Origin: Myxococcota bacterium
Lineage (GTDB): Bacteria; Myxococcota; JACRCW01
DNA length: 64,000 bases
Assembly (NCBI GenBank): GCA_040752415.1
Contig: JBFMGU010000011.1
Location: 13,033 to 77,032, forward strand
Reading direction: 5' to 3'
Below the pieces are notes generated by a model. It did no database searches. It was given only the letters and a program-made list of their open reading frames with translations, and was not told the origin of the DNA. Every line of letters begins with the position of its first letter. The first letter of the stretch is position 1. The position numbers were made by a program, and so were the translations under genes. Of the stretch, positions 24,707 to 33,876 are shown one piece after another.

Positions 24707-24858
24707 GACCATCCGTCCACCAGCAAGGCACCCATCCAGAGGCACGACTGAGCGACGCCTCGCGGACTTGGCGCGTTCCGACGGCACGTGAGGGGGAGCA
24801 GTCGTTATGACCTCTCCGATACCTCCCCCTCGACGGAGGGTACTCGGAGTCTCGGGAC

Positions 24859-26553
24859 ATGCGCGTTCACCGGCAGTCGTGGGCTCTGCTCGTCCTGCTT
24901 TCTTGGGCTTGCAGGGACGAGGGACAGGTTCCTGATCCACAACAGGAGGCCGCGGCACCTGAAAGCCCGCAGGGGGATCCAGAGCCGACGGAGCCGAATT
25001 CGACGCGTGGACAGGCAGGCTGGGGTCATGACAACCGTGAGACGCCACGCCGCCTCGCGACCCAACCGCCCGCTCCCACCGCCCAGGACGCCGGTGTTGT
25101 CATGGACGCCGGCATTGACTCGGTTGCCACCGACCCAGGGGACGCCGCCGTGTTGGGAGACGCTGGGACCGTGGATGCCGCCATCCCAGACAACTCATCC
25201 GCCGTCATGGACGTGGCGCAGTGCCTCCCTGTCCCGACTTTGAAACCCGGTTGCGGAGCCGAGCGCTGCGGCAATGGCGTCGTGGACGGGTTCTGTCCCG
25301 TGAATGATCCTGAGGCGGACCGGGAGAGCTTCCGCTCCGAGACATGCGACACCGACCTGGGTGCAGGGAGCTGCTCCGGGCTTGGGTATTCGGGCGGAGA
25401 GCTCGTTTGTGGTTCCTGGTGCGGTTACGACGTCCGCGGGTGCAATCCATGCGGTGAGCATGAGCTCATCCATGCTTGCAAAGTGCTCGACGTGGAGGCG
25501 TCGGCGGCGCACGATCTCGCGGTCGCCGTCCGTGGTGATCGCATTGGTGTGGCGTGGACCCAATACGGGCCGGACGGGGCGGGAGAAGATCTCAATCACA
25601 CCGAACAGTACGTGCGGTTCGCGCTGGTTGATGAGAGCTTCAACGTCGAGGTTGAGCGGTGTCTGGCGATTCCGTTCGCGCGATGGGTGAACCTGGTTCC
25701 CACGGAGAATGGGTGGTTGTTGGGGGTCGTGTCGTTTGGTGACGACGGCGGGACCTTCTATGACACGCTGAAGTTCCAAGTGATCCCGCTGGACCCCGTG
25801 GGGCAGGTCGTGGGGCCGGCTGGAATGACGATCCACAGCCATCTACGGGCTTTGGTCGCCAGCCCGCATGGCAATCTTTTGTTGTGGCACGCGCCGGGGT
25901 CGGAACTCCGAGGTGCCCTCTTGGATGACGCCGGTGCTCCGCTTTGGGAAACCACCGTCTTGAATTCGTTGAGCCACGAAGAGTTGGATGCCACCTACGC
26001 CGACGGAAAGTTCGTTGTTGTGGACCGCGTCAATTCAGAGGTGACTCTGACAATCGTGAGCCTTGACGGCGAGGTTGGACCGGAGTTGGTGTGGCCCGTT
26101 GAGAGGGCGTCCCGTGCTCGGCTGGCAATCTACGGGCAACGCATCTTTGTGACGTGGGTAGATGCACTGAACAACGACGTCTACCAAGGAAGCACGGACC
26201 TTGACGAGCAGGTCATCACTGCAGGCGTGCGGATTGTCGAGGGCCTTGGGCGCTCCTACGGATTCTCCCCGCTTGTCGCTACGGCGAACGGCAACATCGT
26301 TCTCCTCACCCGGAGCGGCTGGAGATACCCACGCGTTTCAACGGAATTGGAGGTGGCACCCGTCGACGTCAATGGCGTCGCCTTGTCGGATGTCTTCTTG
26401 CCGAGACATGACCCGCTGCCCGCGTTCGGGATGAACGTCAACGCTTTTCGTGATTGCGCTTTGCTGGGCTGGATCGCGGGCGGTGTTCCCTCGGGAGGGG
26501 CGCTGGAGCGGGACTTCACCCGGCGAATCCAGCTGGTGCGAATCTGCCTCTGA
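24859..26553 (+). CDS. hypothetical lipoprotein with a myxobacterial Cys-rich module and a beta-rich C-terminus
   Basis: LSWAC lipobox; CGNGVVDG...ETCD...C.GLGY.GGEL.C; visibly more A/T-ending codons than the flanks. Confidence 0.7.
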   Translation: MRVHRQSWALLVLLSWACRDEGQVPDPQQEAAAPESPQGDPEPTEPNSTRGQAGWGHDNRETPRRLATQPPAPTAQDAGVVMDAGIDSVATDPGDAAVLGDAGTVDAAIPDNSSAVMDVAQCLPVPTLKPGCGAERCGNGVVDGFCPVNDPEADRESFRSETCDTDLGAGSCSGLGYSGGELVCGSWCGYDVRGCNPCGEHELIHACKVLDVEASAAHDLAVAVRGDRIGVAWTQYGPDGAGEDLNHTEQYVRFALVDESFNVEVERCLAIPFARWVNLVPTENGWLLGVVSFGDDGGTFYDTLKFQVIPLDPVGQVVGPAGMTIHSHLRALVASPHGNLLLWHAPGSELRGALLDDAGAPLWETTVLNSLSHEELDATYADGKFVVVDRVNSEVTLTIVSLDGEVGPELVWPVERASRARLAIYGQRIFVTWVDALNNDVYQGSTDLDEQVITAGVRIVEGLGRSYGFSPLVATANGNIVLLTRSGWRYPRVSTELEVAPVDVNGVALSDVFLPRHDPLPAFGMNVNAFRDCALLGWIAGGVPSGGALERDFTRRIQLVRICL

Positions 26554-26607
26554 GCCGAGATGGTCGTCGGTCCGCTCTGCGCGCGGGATGGGGACGCCGC
26601 GATGCCA

Positions 26608-27231
26608 TCACCCGGCCAGGAGCGCCGCTTCAAGGACACCCAGGGCCCCGCAGACAGCGAACCAGGCACGTTGTCGACGCTCCGTGCTCTGCGCATAACC
26701 GCCCCACGACGCGAGCAGGGCGACGGCGGAGCAGGCACCCAACGCGAGAGCCACCGTCACCCGCACCTGCGTCCCGAAACCCGACGCCACGAGCAGGAAG
26801 TACACGATCCACGAGAGCGCCGAGAAGGCCCATCCCCACGCGGCCAACGTGGCGAATGCGGGACGCTGCGCGGACGCGGTGGCGGTGAGTCCGACGAGAA
26901 CCGCGAAGGGAATCCCCCAGACCGCACCCACGGAGAGCTGGAAGAATGCGTGGTCGAGGTCAGGGAGACCGTACCGGATGAAGGCCACACCCATGGGCAT
27001 CATGGCGACGAGGAATCCCGCCATCACAGTGCGACCGCCTTCCCGGCGCCGACCGGTGACCACCATGTGCGCGGCGAACAACAGCGCGGTCACGACCAGT
27101 ACGCCGTGGGTGCAGGGTGTGAGCTCGCGGTCGTACCCGACGAGGGACGGCAGTCCGCTCTGCCCCAGCACATGCGCCGCGGACAGCGCCGTGGCGTAGA
27201 CCCCGAGGGCAAAGCCAGTTCCCCAGCGCAT
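26608..27231 (-). CDS. hypothetical multi-pass membrane protein
   Basis: About 6-7 hydrophobic segments; GGAGG RBS before MRWGTG. Confidence 0.6.
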   Translation of the reverse strand: MRWGTGFALGVYATALSAAHVLGQSGLPSLVGYDRELTPCTHGVLVVTALLFAAHMVVTGRRREGGRTVMAGFLVAMMPMGVAFIRYGLPDLDHAFFQLSVGAVWGIPFAVLVGLTATASAQRPAFATLAAWGWAFSALSWIVYFLLVASGFGTQVRVTVALALGACSAVALLASWGGYAQSTERRQRAWFAVCGALGVLEAALLAG

Positions 27232-27325
27232 TCGCGTCACCTCCGTCCGCGCGTCAACCCACGGCCGGAAGCAGAGGATTCCCAACGGGGATGGCGTCGC
27301 CCCCCATGGAGCGCGGGAGCGTGAC

Positions 27326-28321
27326 TCAGGATGCAACGGGCCGACGTGACGCTGAACGAGAGGGCGTCGTCGCATCGACACCGGCAACGGCAACTACTGC
27401 GTCACCCGCTTCGCGCGGAACGGAGAGTGCGCCGACGACCAGGGCAACCTCTACCAGCTCCCGTGCAGTGAGGGCCTGGAGTGCAGCCCGACCCACCAGG
27501 ACGCGAATGACGCCCCGGTTGGCGGCGCCTGCCACATCAGCTGCGGCTACGGTGACACCACCCCGGATTGCCCCGCCAACGAGCAGTGCTTCGTGGAGCC
27601 GGGCCTCTCGGGGTACGGCCAGGCGCAGGTGGCACCACTGGTCGGCGTCGCAGGTGTCCTGTCCGCCGGCGGTGGTGCACGAGGCAAGGCAGGTGCCCTG
27701 GACGCACGTCAGGTTGCCGTCGCACTGCGGGGCGTTGGCGCGGCAGGGCCCTTCCTCAGTGCCCTCGACGACGCCGCCGCTGCTGGAGGAGCTGCCACCC
27801 GAGGAGCTGCTGCTGCCGCCCGAGGAGCTGCTGCTGCCCGGCGTGCCGCTGGAGGAGCTGCTGCTGGCGCCCGAGGAGCTGCTGCTGCCCGGCGTGCCCG
27901 ACGACGAGCTGCTGCCCGGCGTGCCGCTGGAGGAGCTGCTGGTGCCCACGTCTCCGCTGCTGGAGCTGGTCCCCGTGCCGCCGTTGCTGGAGCTGCTGGT
28001 GCCCACGTCCCCGCTGCTGCTGGAGCTGCTGGAGGACGACGAGCTGGAGCTGCTGGAGGACGACGACGAGCTGCTGCTGGAGGAGGTCACGCCCGAGCTG
28101 CTGCTGGACGCCTCACCCGAGGAGGACGACGTGCCCGACACCGCTCCGCTGCTGGACGACGTGCTGCCGCTGCTGGAGGACGAGGTGCTGCCCGTGCCAC
28201 CGGTGGAGGTGCTGCTGGAGGTGCTGGTGTCGGTGGTGCCGCCGGTACCGCTGCACGCACCCACCATGCCCGCAGCGCACACCAGGAGCGCCGCATTCAT
28301 CTGGGACCATTTCATACGCAT
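27326..28321 (-). pseudogene. Ser-rich/Cys-rich lipoprotein gene with an internal inverted segment (27374-27631)
   Basis: MVGAC lipobox, long poly-Ser tract and a Cys-rich domain that turns into antisense-like text after DQWC, while the + strand carries the Cys-rich continuation. Confidence 0.7.
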
Positions 28322-28579
28322 CGCATTGTCTCCCAACGCCGGGGGCGTGTGGGCCCCCCGCGGATTTCTTCGCAGACCACCATGTCCGCGCCAGAGGCAG
28401 CGCGATTACCAAGCCAATTCCTGAAACGCAACAACCGGTTACGCCCGGGTCCCGGCCACCCGGGGTCCCCCGGTGGAAACGCCCCCGCCCAACCGACATC
28501 AAACCCCCGGGGCGCCTGGTGCTAAGCTGCCCCGTCCATCGGTCGTTCCCAACCCCGCACCGTTTCCAGGAGTCCGAAG

Positions 28580-29749
28580 GTGGCACTCAGTCGTGAGCAG
28601 TTGCTGAAGCAGGCCAAGAGCGAAATCACCGAAATCGACGTCCCCACCCTGCGGGCCCAGCTGGAGAGCCAGGACGTGCCGCTGCTCTTCGACGTGCGCG
28701 AGCAGGACGAGGTGGAGCTGGGCAAGATCCCCGGCGCCAAACACCTCCCGCGGGGCTTCCTCGAGATGAAGATCGAGGAGACCGTCCCCGACCGGAACCG
28801 CCACATCGCCCTGTACTGCGCGGGCGGCAACCGCAGCGCGCTGGGAGCGCTCACCCTCAAGCAGATGGGCTACACCCGCGTGACGTCGTTGATTGGCGGG
28901 TTTGGCGCCTGGAAGCGCGCCGGTGGCCCCATCTCCCTGGACAAGCCGCTCAGTGCCCAGGACCGCATCCGCTACGCGCGCCACCTGAGCCTCCCGGAGG
29001 TGGGCGAGGAGGGCCAGAAGAAGCTGCGTGACAGCAAGATGCTGCTCATTGGCGCCGGCGGCCTGGGCAGCCCCAGCGCGTACTACCTGGCGGCGGCGGG
29101 CGTGGGCACGCTGGGGATCGTCGACAACGACGTGGTGGACGTCACCAACCTGCAGCGCCAGATCCTGCACCGCGAGGTGGACCAGGGCGTGCCCAAGGTG
29201 GACTCCGCCGAGCGCGCGCTGAAGGCCCTCAACCCCGCCATCACCATCCGCAAGCACCAGCTCATGATCACCAGCGAGAACGCGCTGGAGCTGTGCAAGG
29301 ACTACGACGTCATCGTCGACGGCTGCGACAACTTCCCCACCCGCTACCTGCTCAACGACGTCAGCGTGATGCTGAAGAAGCCGATTGTGCACGGCAGCAT
29401 CTTCCGCTTCGAGGGCCAGGCCACCGTGTTCCACCCCGGCAAGGGGCCCTGCTACCGCTGCCTGTATCCCGAGCCGCCCCCGCCGGGCATGGCCCCCTCC
29501 TGCACCGAGGGCGGCGTGCTGGGCGTGCTGCCGGGCATCATTGGCTGCGTGCAGGCGGTGGAGGCCATGAAGGTGGTGCTGGGGATTGGCAGCCCGCTCG
29601 TCGGGAGGCTGCTGCAGTTTGATGCGCTGGGCATGAAGTTCCGCGAGCTCAGGTTGCGTCGGGACAAGGACTGCCCCATGTGCGGCGACAACCCCACCAT
29701 CACCAAGCTCATCGACTACGAGGCGTTCTGCTCGGTGGGGCGCGGATGA
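28580..29749 (+). CDS. moeB: rhodanese + ThiF/MoeB adenylyltransferase (MoeZ/MoeBR)
   Basis: N-terminal rhodanese (DVRE, YCAGGNRS); RYARHL, IGAGGLGSP, NLQRQ, CYRCLYP and CPMC. Confidence 0.93.
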   Translation: MALSREQLLKQAKSEITEIDVPTLRAQLESQDVPLLFDVREQDEVELGKIPGAKHLPRGFLEMKIEETVPDRNRHIALYCAGGNRSALGALTLKQMGYTRVTSLIGGFGAWKRAGGPISLDKPLSAQDRIRYARHLSLPEVGEEGQKKLRDSKMLLIGAGGLGSPSAYYLAAAGVGTLGIVDNDVVDVTNLQRQILHREVDQGVPKVDSAERALKALNPAITIRKHQLMITSENALELCKDYDVIVDGCDNFPTRYLLNDVSVMLKKPIVHGSIFRFEGQATVFHPGKGPCYRCLYPEPPPPGMAPSCTEGGVLGVLPGIIGCVQAVEAMKVVLGIGSPLVGRLLQFDALGMKFRELRLRRDKDCPMCGDNPTITKLIDYEAFCSVGRG

Positions 29750-30006
29750 AGCGACCGGTGGATCCGGACGTGATTGTCAGCGAGGTGCTGGCCCGCGCCG
29801 GCAAGACCGTGGTGGATGCCGCGGTGCTCTACGACGTGGCCGAGGCCCTGCTGGTGATCGAGCGTTCGGATCTGGCCGCGGAGTACGCGCGACGCGCCTA
29901 TGGACTGGCGCTGCTCGAGAAGGACATCCCCGGTGCCGCCCGGGCCATGACGTTCCTGGTGAGTCGGTTGGGGAGTGAAGGACGTCGCATCCTGAACCAG
30001 ATGTGA
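29746..30006 (+). CDS. small helical hypothetical protein
   Basis: ATGA overlap with moeB; coding-like GC3 bias. Confidence 0.65.
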   Translation: MKRPVDPDVIVSEVLARAGKTVVDAAVLYDVAEALLVIERSDLAAEYARRAYGLALLEKDIPGAARAMTFLVSRLGSEGRRILNQM

Positions 30007-30016
30007 GGGCACGACG

Positions 30017-30274
30017 ATGAACCGCCGTGACGATCCCAAGGACACCCTGCCCGAGACCGTGGCCGCGCTGCAGATGGAGCTGGACCGGGAAGGCGTCAGC
30101 TCCCACAAGCTGCTGCACGGCGCCATGACCCTGGCCGCCATGGGCTACCCCGCCGCCGCTCGCGAGTACGCCGCGCGCGCGTTGATTGCCGCGCGACGCG
30201 AGGGTGACGAGGAGAGTCGGGAGATGGCGGCGGCCATGCTGCTCACCGCGCGCATGGAACGGGGCGTGGCGTAG
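30017..30274 (+). CDS. small helical hypothetical protein
   Basis: 10 bp after the previous gene; GAGG RBS; coding-like GC3 bias. Confidence 0.65.
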   Translation: MNRRDDPKDTLPETVAALQMELDREGVSSHKLLHGAMTLAAMGYPAAAREYAARALIAARREGDEESREMAAAMLLTARMERGVA

Positions 30275-30442
30275 CGGGGTCTTCGCTTTTGTTCCCTGGC
30301 GGCAGCCGAGGCTGCACCTGGAAAGGCACCAAGCCCTGCCCTCGATGTCCGGTTGTCCGCCTTCACGTCGGGAGGGCTCCGCGTTGGTGGCGTCGGGCGG
30401 GAGTTACAGGTTTCACCGGGAACCGCGCTATACCTGCGCGCC

Positions 30443-31615
30443 GTGAGCGTCCATCACCACCACCGACACCTGCTCCTGGACCTGCTGCGCGAACGGCTCT
30501 TCAAGGCCGCGCTCCTCTTCGTGGGCACGTGGCTCGTCGGCGGCGTGGGGTTCTGGATCATTGGCCGCATCTACAACGTCAATGACCAGCTCCTGCTCCC
30601 CGACGGAACGCTCGACCACACCAACTTCGGCATCCTCAATTGCCTCTACCTGGCCGCCATGGCCATCAGCACGCTGGGCTTTGCCGACATGGGCATGCTC
30701 AACCGCGTACCGGGCGCCGGTCGCGACGTCATCTACATGTACCTCATGACCTACGCGCTCAGCGCGTACATCGTGGTGGTGTACGCCTCGGCGCAGATCG
30801 TCAGCTACGTCGTCGAGGGGGCGCTGGGGAAGTACCTGGAGAAGCGCCGCATGGAGCGCGACCTCAGCGAGGCCGCCGGTCACTACGTGGTGTGCGGGCT
30901 GGGCATGACCGGCCAGAACGTGGTCAGCGAGCTGGTGAAGGCCGACCGCCCCGTGGTGGGCATGGACACCAACGAGGAACGCGTGGCGCAGCTGAAGGCG
31001 CTCTTCCCCGACGGATTGTTCTTCGTGGGCGACGCCACCGAGGACCAGACGCTCAGCCACGCCGGCCTGCCCCGCGCCGCGGGCCTGTTCTGCACGCTGC
31101 CCAGCGACAAGGACAACATCATCATCGCCCTCAGCGCGCGGCAGGCCCGGCCGGAGCTGCGCATCGTGGCGCGCGCCACGGCGTTGCAGAACCTGGACAA
31201 GTTCCGCCAGGTGGGCGCCAACGCCACCATCAGCCCCAACCACATTGGCGGCATGCGCATGGCCAGCGAGATGCTCCGTCCCGCCGCCGTGAAGTTCCTG
31301 GACACCTTCCTGCGCAGCCAGGACGAGAAGCGCCTGCACTTCGAGAGCGTGCGCGTGGACCCGGCGAGCCCCTGCGCGGGCAAGCGCCTGGCCGAGCTGC
31401 GCATCCACGAGAACCTGGGCCTGGTGGTGGTGGCCACGCTCAGCGCGCAGGGCTCCTTCCGCTACAACCCCCCGCCCGAGACCGTGGTGTCCGGCGGCGA
31501 CAGCGTGGTGGTGATGGTGGACCCCGACGGGCGCGCCGCGCTGGAACGCTACCTGGCCCAGCCGCCCAACGAGCAGCAATCTCCGTCGGAGAGCCGCCCC
31601 GCGCGCGTGGCCTGA
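30443..31615 (+). CDS. 2-TM potassium channel family protein with TrkA-N/TrkA-C (RCK) domains
   Basis: Pore helix followed by STLGFAD; HYVVCGLGMTG; GDAT; ISPNHIGGMRMA. Confidence 0.88.
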   Translation: MSVHHHHRHLLLDLLRERLFKAALLFVGTWLVGGVGFWIIGRIYNVNDQLLLPDGTLDHTNFGILNCLYLAAMAISTLGFADMGMLNRVPGAGRDVIYMYLMTYALSAYIVVVYASAQIVSYVVEGALGKYLEKRRMERDLSEAAGHYVVCGLGMTGQNVVSELVKADRPVVGMDTNEERVAQLKALFPDGLFFVGDATEDQTLSHAGLPRAAGLFCTLPSDKDNIIIALSARQARPELRIVARATALQNLDKFRQVGANATISPNHIGGMRMASEMLRPAAVKFLDTFLRSQDEKRLHFESVRVDPASPCAGKRLAELRIHENLGLVVVATLSAQGSFRYNPPPETVVSGGDSVVVMVDPDGRAALERYLAQPPNEQQSPSESRPARVA

Positions 31616-31641
31616 AGAATCTTCCCCCAGAAAACGCCGAA

Positions 31642-31676
31642 GCCCCGCCCCGAACGCGCGCGTTCGGAAGCGGGGC
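31642..31676. terminator. hairpin between convergent genes
   Basis: GCCCCGC-CCCGAACGCG/CGCGTTCGG-AA-GCGGGGC imperfect inverted repeat; no strong U-tract. Confidence 0.45.
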
Positions 31677-31714
31677 CGCGGGTGAAACTCTCGGCGCGTG
31701 GGTGCGCCGGGGGC

Positions 31715-32236
31715 TCACTTCATCATGGCCATGCTGGCCGCCACGAACGGGCGGTAGCAGTTGATGCGGTCACCGCAGGGCTTGTCGACGCAGCCCTTGG
31801 TGGCCTCCCACGTGCTCATCATGGACTGCGGGATCTGCGCGGGCACCTTGGACGCCACCTCGGTGCACTTCCTGGTGCGCTCCTCCACCGGGCCCAGGCC
31901 GTCGGCCTCCAGCTCCTTGAGGCCGTCGGTGCGCATGGTGGCCTTCTGGTTGGCGTCCGCCACCTTGGCGGCAAACTCCGGGTTGGCCTTGGCGCGCTCG
32001 TCCATCAGCAGGTCGATTGCCTGCTCCTTGCACAGCGCCAGCTGCTCGCGCATCTGCAGGCAGTGGCTCACCAGGTCGGCCTGCGCGGGCGCGGCCACCG
32101 TGGGCTCCGCCGCCGCAGCCTGGGCCTGCTGCTCGGTGGCGGGCTTCTCCTCCGCCTTCTTCTCCTCCTTGCTGCCACCACAGCCCACGGCCAGCGCGGC
32201 CGCCAGCACTGCGCTCAACGTCCACATGCTCTTCAT
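31715..32236 (-). CDS. hypothetical helical lipoprotein (6 Cys after the lipobox)
   Basis: LAVGC lipobox; GGAGA RBS. Confidence 0.75.
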   Translation of the reverse strand: MKSMWTLSAVLAAALAVGCGGSKEEKKAEEKPATEQQAQAAAAEPTVAAPAQADLVSHCLQMREQLALCKEQAIDLLMDERAKANPEFAAKVADANQKATMRTDGLKELEADGLGPVEERTRKCTEVASKVPAQIPQSMMSTWEATKGCVDKPCGDRINCYRPFVAASMAMMK

Positions 32237-32448
32237 TGTCTGTCTCCCGTGGTTGGGCTCCCCGTCCGGGTTGGTGGGAGCCGTCGGTCAAAAAGCGTTG
32301 AAAGGGCGCGCTGCATGACACACCACCCCCACGACGATCAAGCGCCGCTCCCGCCCACTCCACGACGTCAGGTTGTCCGCCATTGCGGACGGTGCGCGGG
32401 TGCGCCACACTCGTGGTACCGTCGTGGTTCCACCGGGAAGGACGCCGC

Positions 32449-33265
32449 ATGACCACCGCCACCGCAGCACGTCCCCGCAGCCAGCTGCAGAGCCCGCCGC
32501 CCTCCGTGTCGACGGGGAACGTGGCCGCGCAGAACACCACCACCGCGCCGGCGACGGTGCAGGGCAACGCGCCGGTGCAGCTGCGGCTGGATGAGACGTT
32601 CGAGCGGAGCGCGGGGCAGACGGAGCAGCGCCGGCTCCTGGGTCAGGAACAGGGTGGGTCGGACCCCGCGCGTGGGGCAGGGACCCTCGGTGAGCGCGGC
32701 CAGCCTGCAGCAGGCGGACGCGGCGCGACGCACCCAGGGCACCAGCGAGCCCAACCAGACGCTGCACGAGGTCGAGGACTTCAAGTGGCTCAGCCAGTTC
32801 GACAAGCGGGTCCCGGGCGCGGGGAACAAGGCGTGCTTCCGCGCCGCGTCGATGTCGGCGGCCAAGAGCGGCGCCAAGGTGGATGGCGACGAGCGCTTCC
32901 AGGTGGCGCTGGGTGAGAACAAGGCCGGCAAGATCAGCAAGGTGGACAAGAAGGCGGCCAGGGAAGGTGTCGACTACATCGACAGCCAGCTGGCGAGCGG
33001 GAAGCCGGTGGTGGTGGGCATCACCGACAAGGACAAGGCCTACAACCTGGACGGCATCACCGATCACTTCGTGACCATCACCGCCAAGAAGACCGACGAG
33101 AAGGGCCGCACCTACTACGAGTTCCGCGACCCGGGCACCAGCCACGAGGCGCGCAGCACCGGTCGCTTCTACGTGGGTGACGACGGAGTCTTGCGCGGCA
33201 AGGGCCCCTACCAGGCCAAGCCGGTGAACTACGAAGTGGCCATGATCCGCAAGAACGTCCCGTGA
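32449..33265 (+). pseudogene. papain-like/C39-type peptidase domain protein, frameshifted near 32675
   Basis: The N-terminus (MTTATAARP...) and the catalytic domain (SQF, ACF, GKPVVVG, DHFVTI, FRDPG) are in different frames; removing one G from GGGG at 32674-32677 joins them. Confidence 0.7.
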
Positions 33266-33876
33266 TCACGCTCTACGGCACCAACACCTCACCCTTTGTC
33301 CGCAAGGTCCGCATCCACCTGCTGGAGATGGGGCTGGCGCACAACGTGGTGAACACGCTGGACGACGCGGGGCAGGCGGAGCTGCGCAAGGTCAACCCGC
33401 TGTGGAAGATCCCCGCGGCCGTCTTTGACGACGGAAGAACGGTCTTCGACTCGCGCGTGCTGCTCACGTTGCTCTGGGAGGGACATCGGGACGCGGGCGT
33501 GCGCGCGGGGCTGCGGCCCATGGGCAGTGGCATGGAGCGCTGGGACGAGGAGAACCTGCTCACCGTGATTGACGGCGTGGTGGACAGCGCCATCAACCGC
33601 TTCTACCTGCTGCGCGACGGACTGCCCGAGACCGGCTACGTGGTGAAGCAGCGCGAGCGCGTGGATGCCGCCATGCACTGGCTGGCCGAGCGGCTGCGCG
33701 GCGGGAGCTTCCTGCCCGACGGGAGCGTGGGCGTGCCGGAGATCAGCCTGGTGTGCGCGTTGGACTGGCTCACCTTCCGCGCGCAGTACGCGTGGCAGGG
33801 CATGGACGCATTTGCGAGATTCCGCGATGCGCACCGTGCGCGCCCGTCGGTGGCGCAGACCATGCCGGGGACCTGA
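33262..33876 (+). CDS. glutathione S-transferase family protein
   Basis: TSPFVRKVRI, NPLWKIPA and VFDSRV. Confidence 0.88.
   Translation: MITLYGTNTSPFVRKVRIHLLEMGLAHNVVNTLDDAGQAELRKVNPLWKIPAAVFDDGRTVFDSRVLLTLLWEGHRDAGVRAGLRPMGSGMERWDEENLLTVIDGVVDSAINRFYLLRDGLPETGYVVKQRERVDAAMHWLAERLRGGSFLPDGSVGVPEISLVCALDWLTFRAQYAWQGMDAFARFRDAHRARPSVAQTMPGT

Noticed and set aside
28400..28579. Moco riboswitch upstream of moeB
   Set aside because: Only a lone GGAAAC is present; the expected conserved elements are not recognisable.
27291..28596. + strand Leu/Glu-rich, Cys-rich and Ala-rich ORFs
   Set aside because: Frame shadows of the poly-Ser tract; only 27374-27631 looks genuinely coding on +.
28580..30274. 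Bacterial ubiquitin-like defence system (E1 with partners)
   Set aside because: The protein is a standard rhodanese-MoeB; no E2, JAB, Ubl or CD-NTase is nearby.
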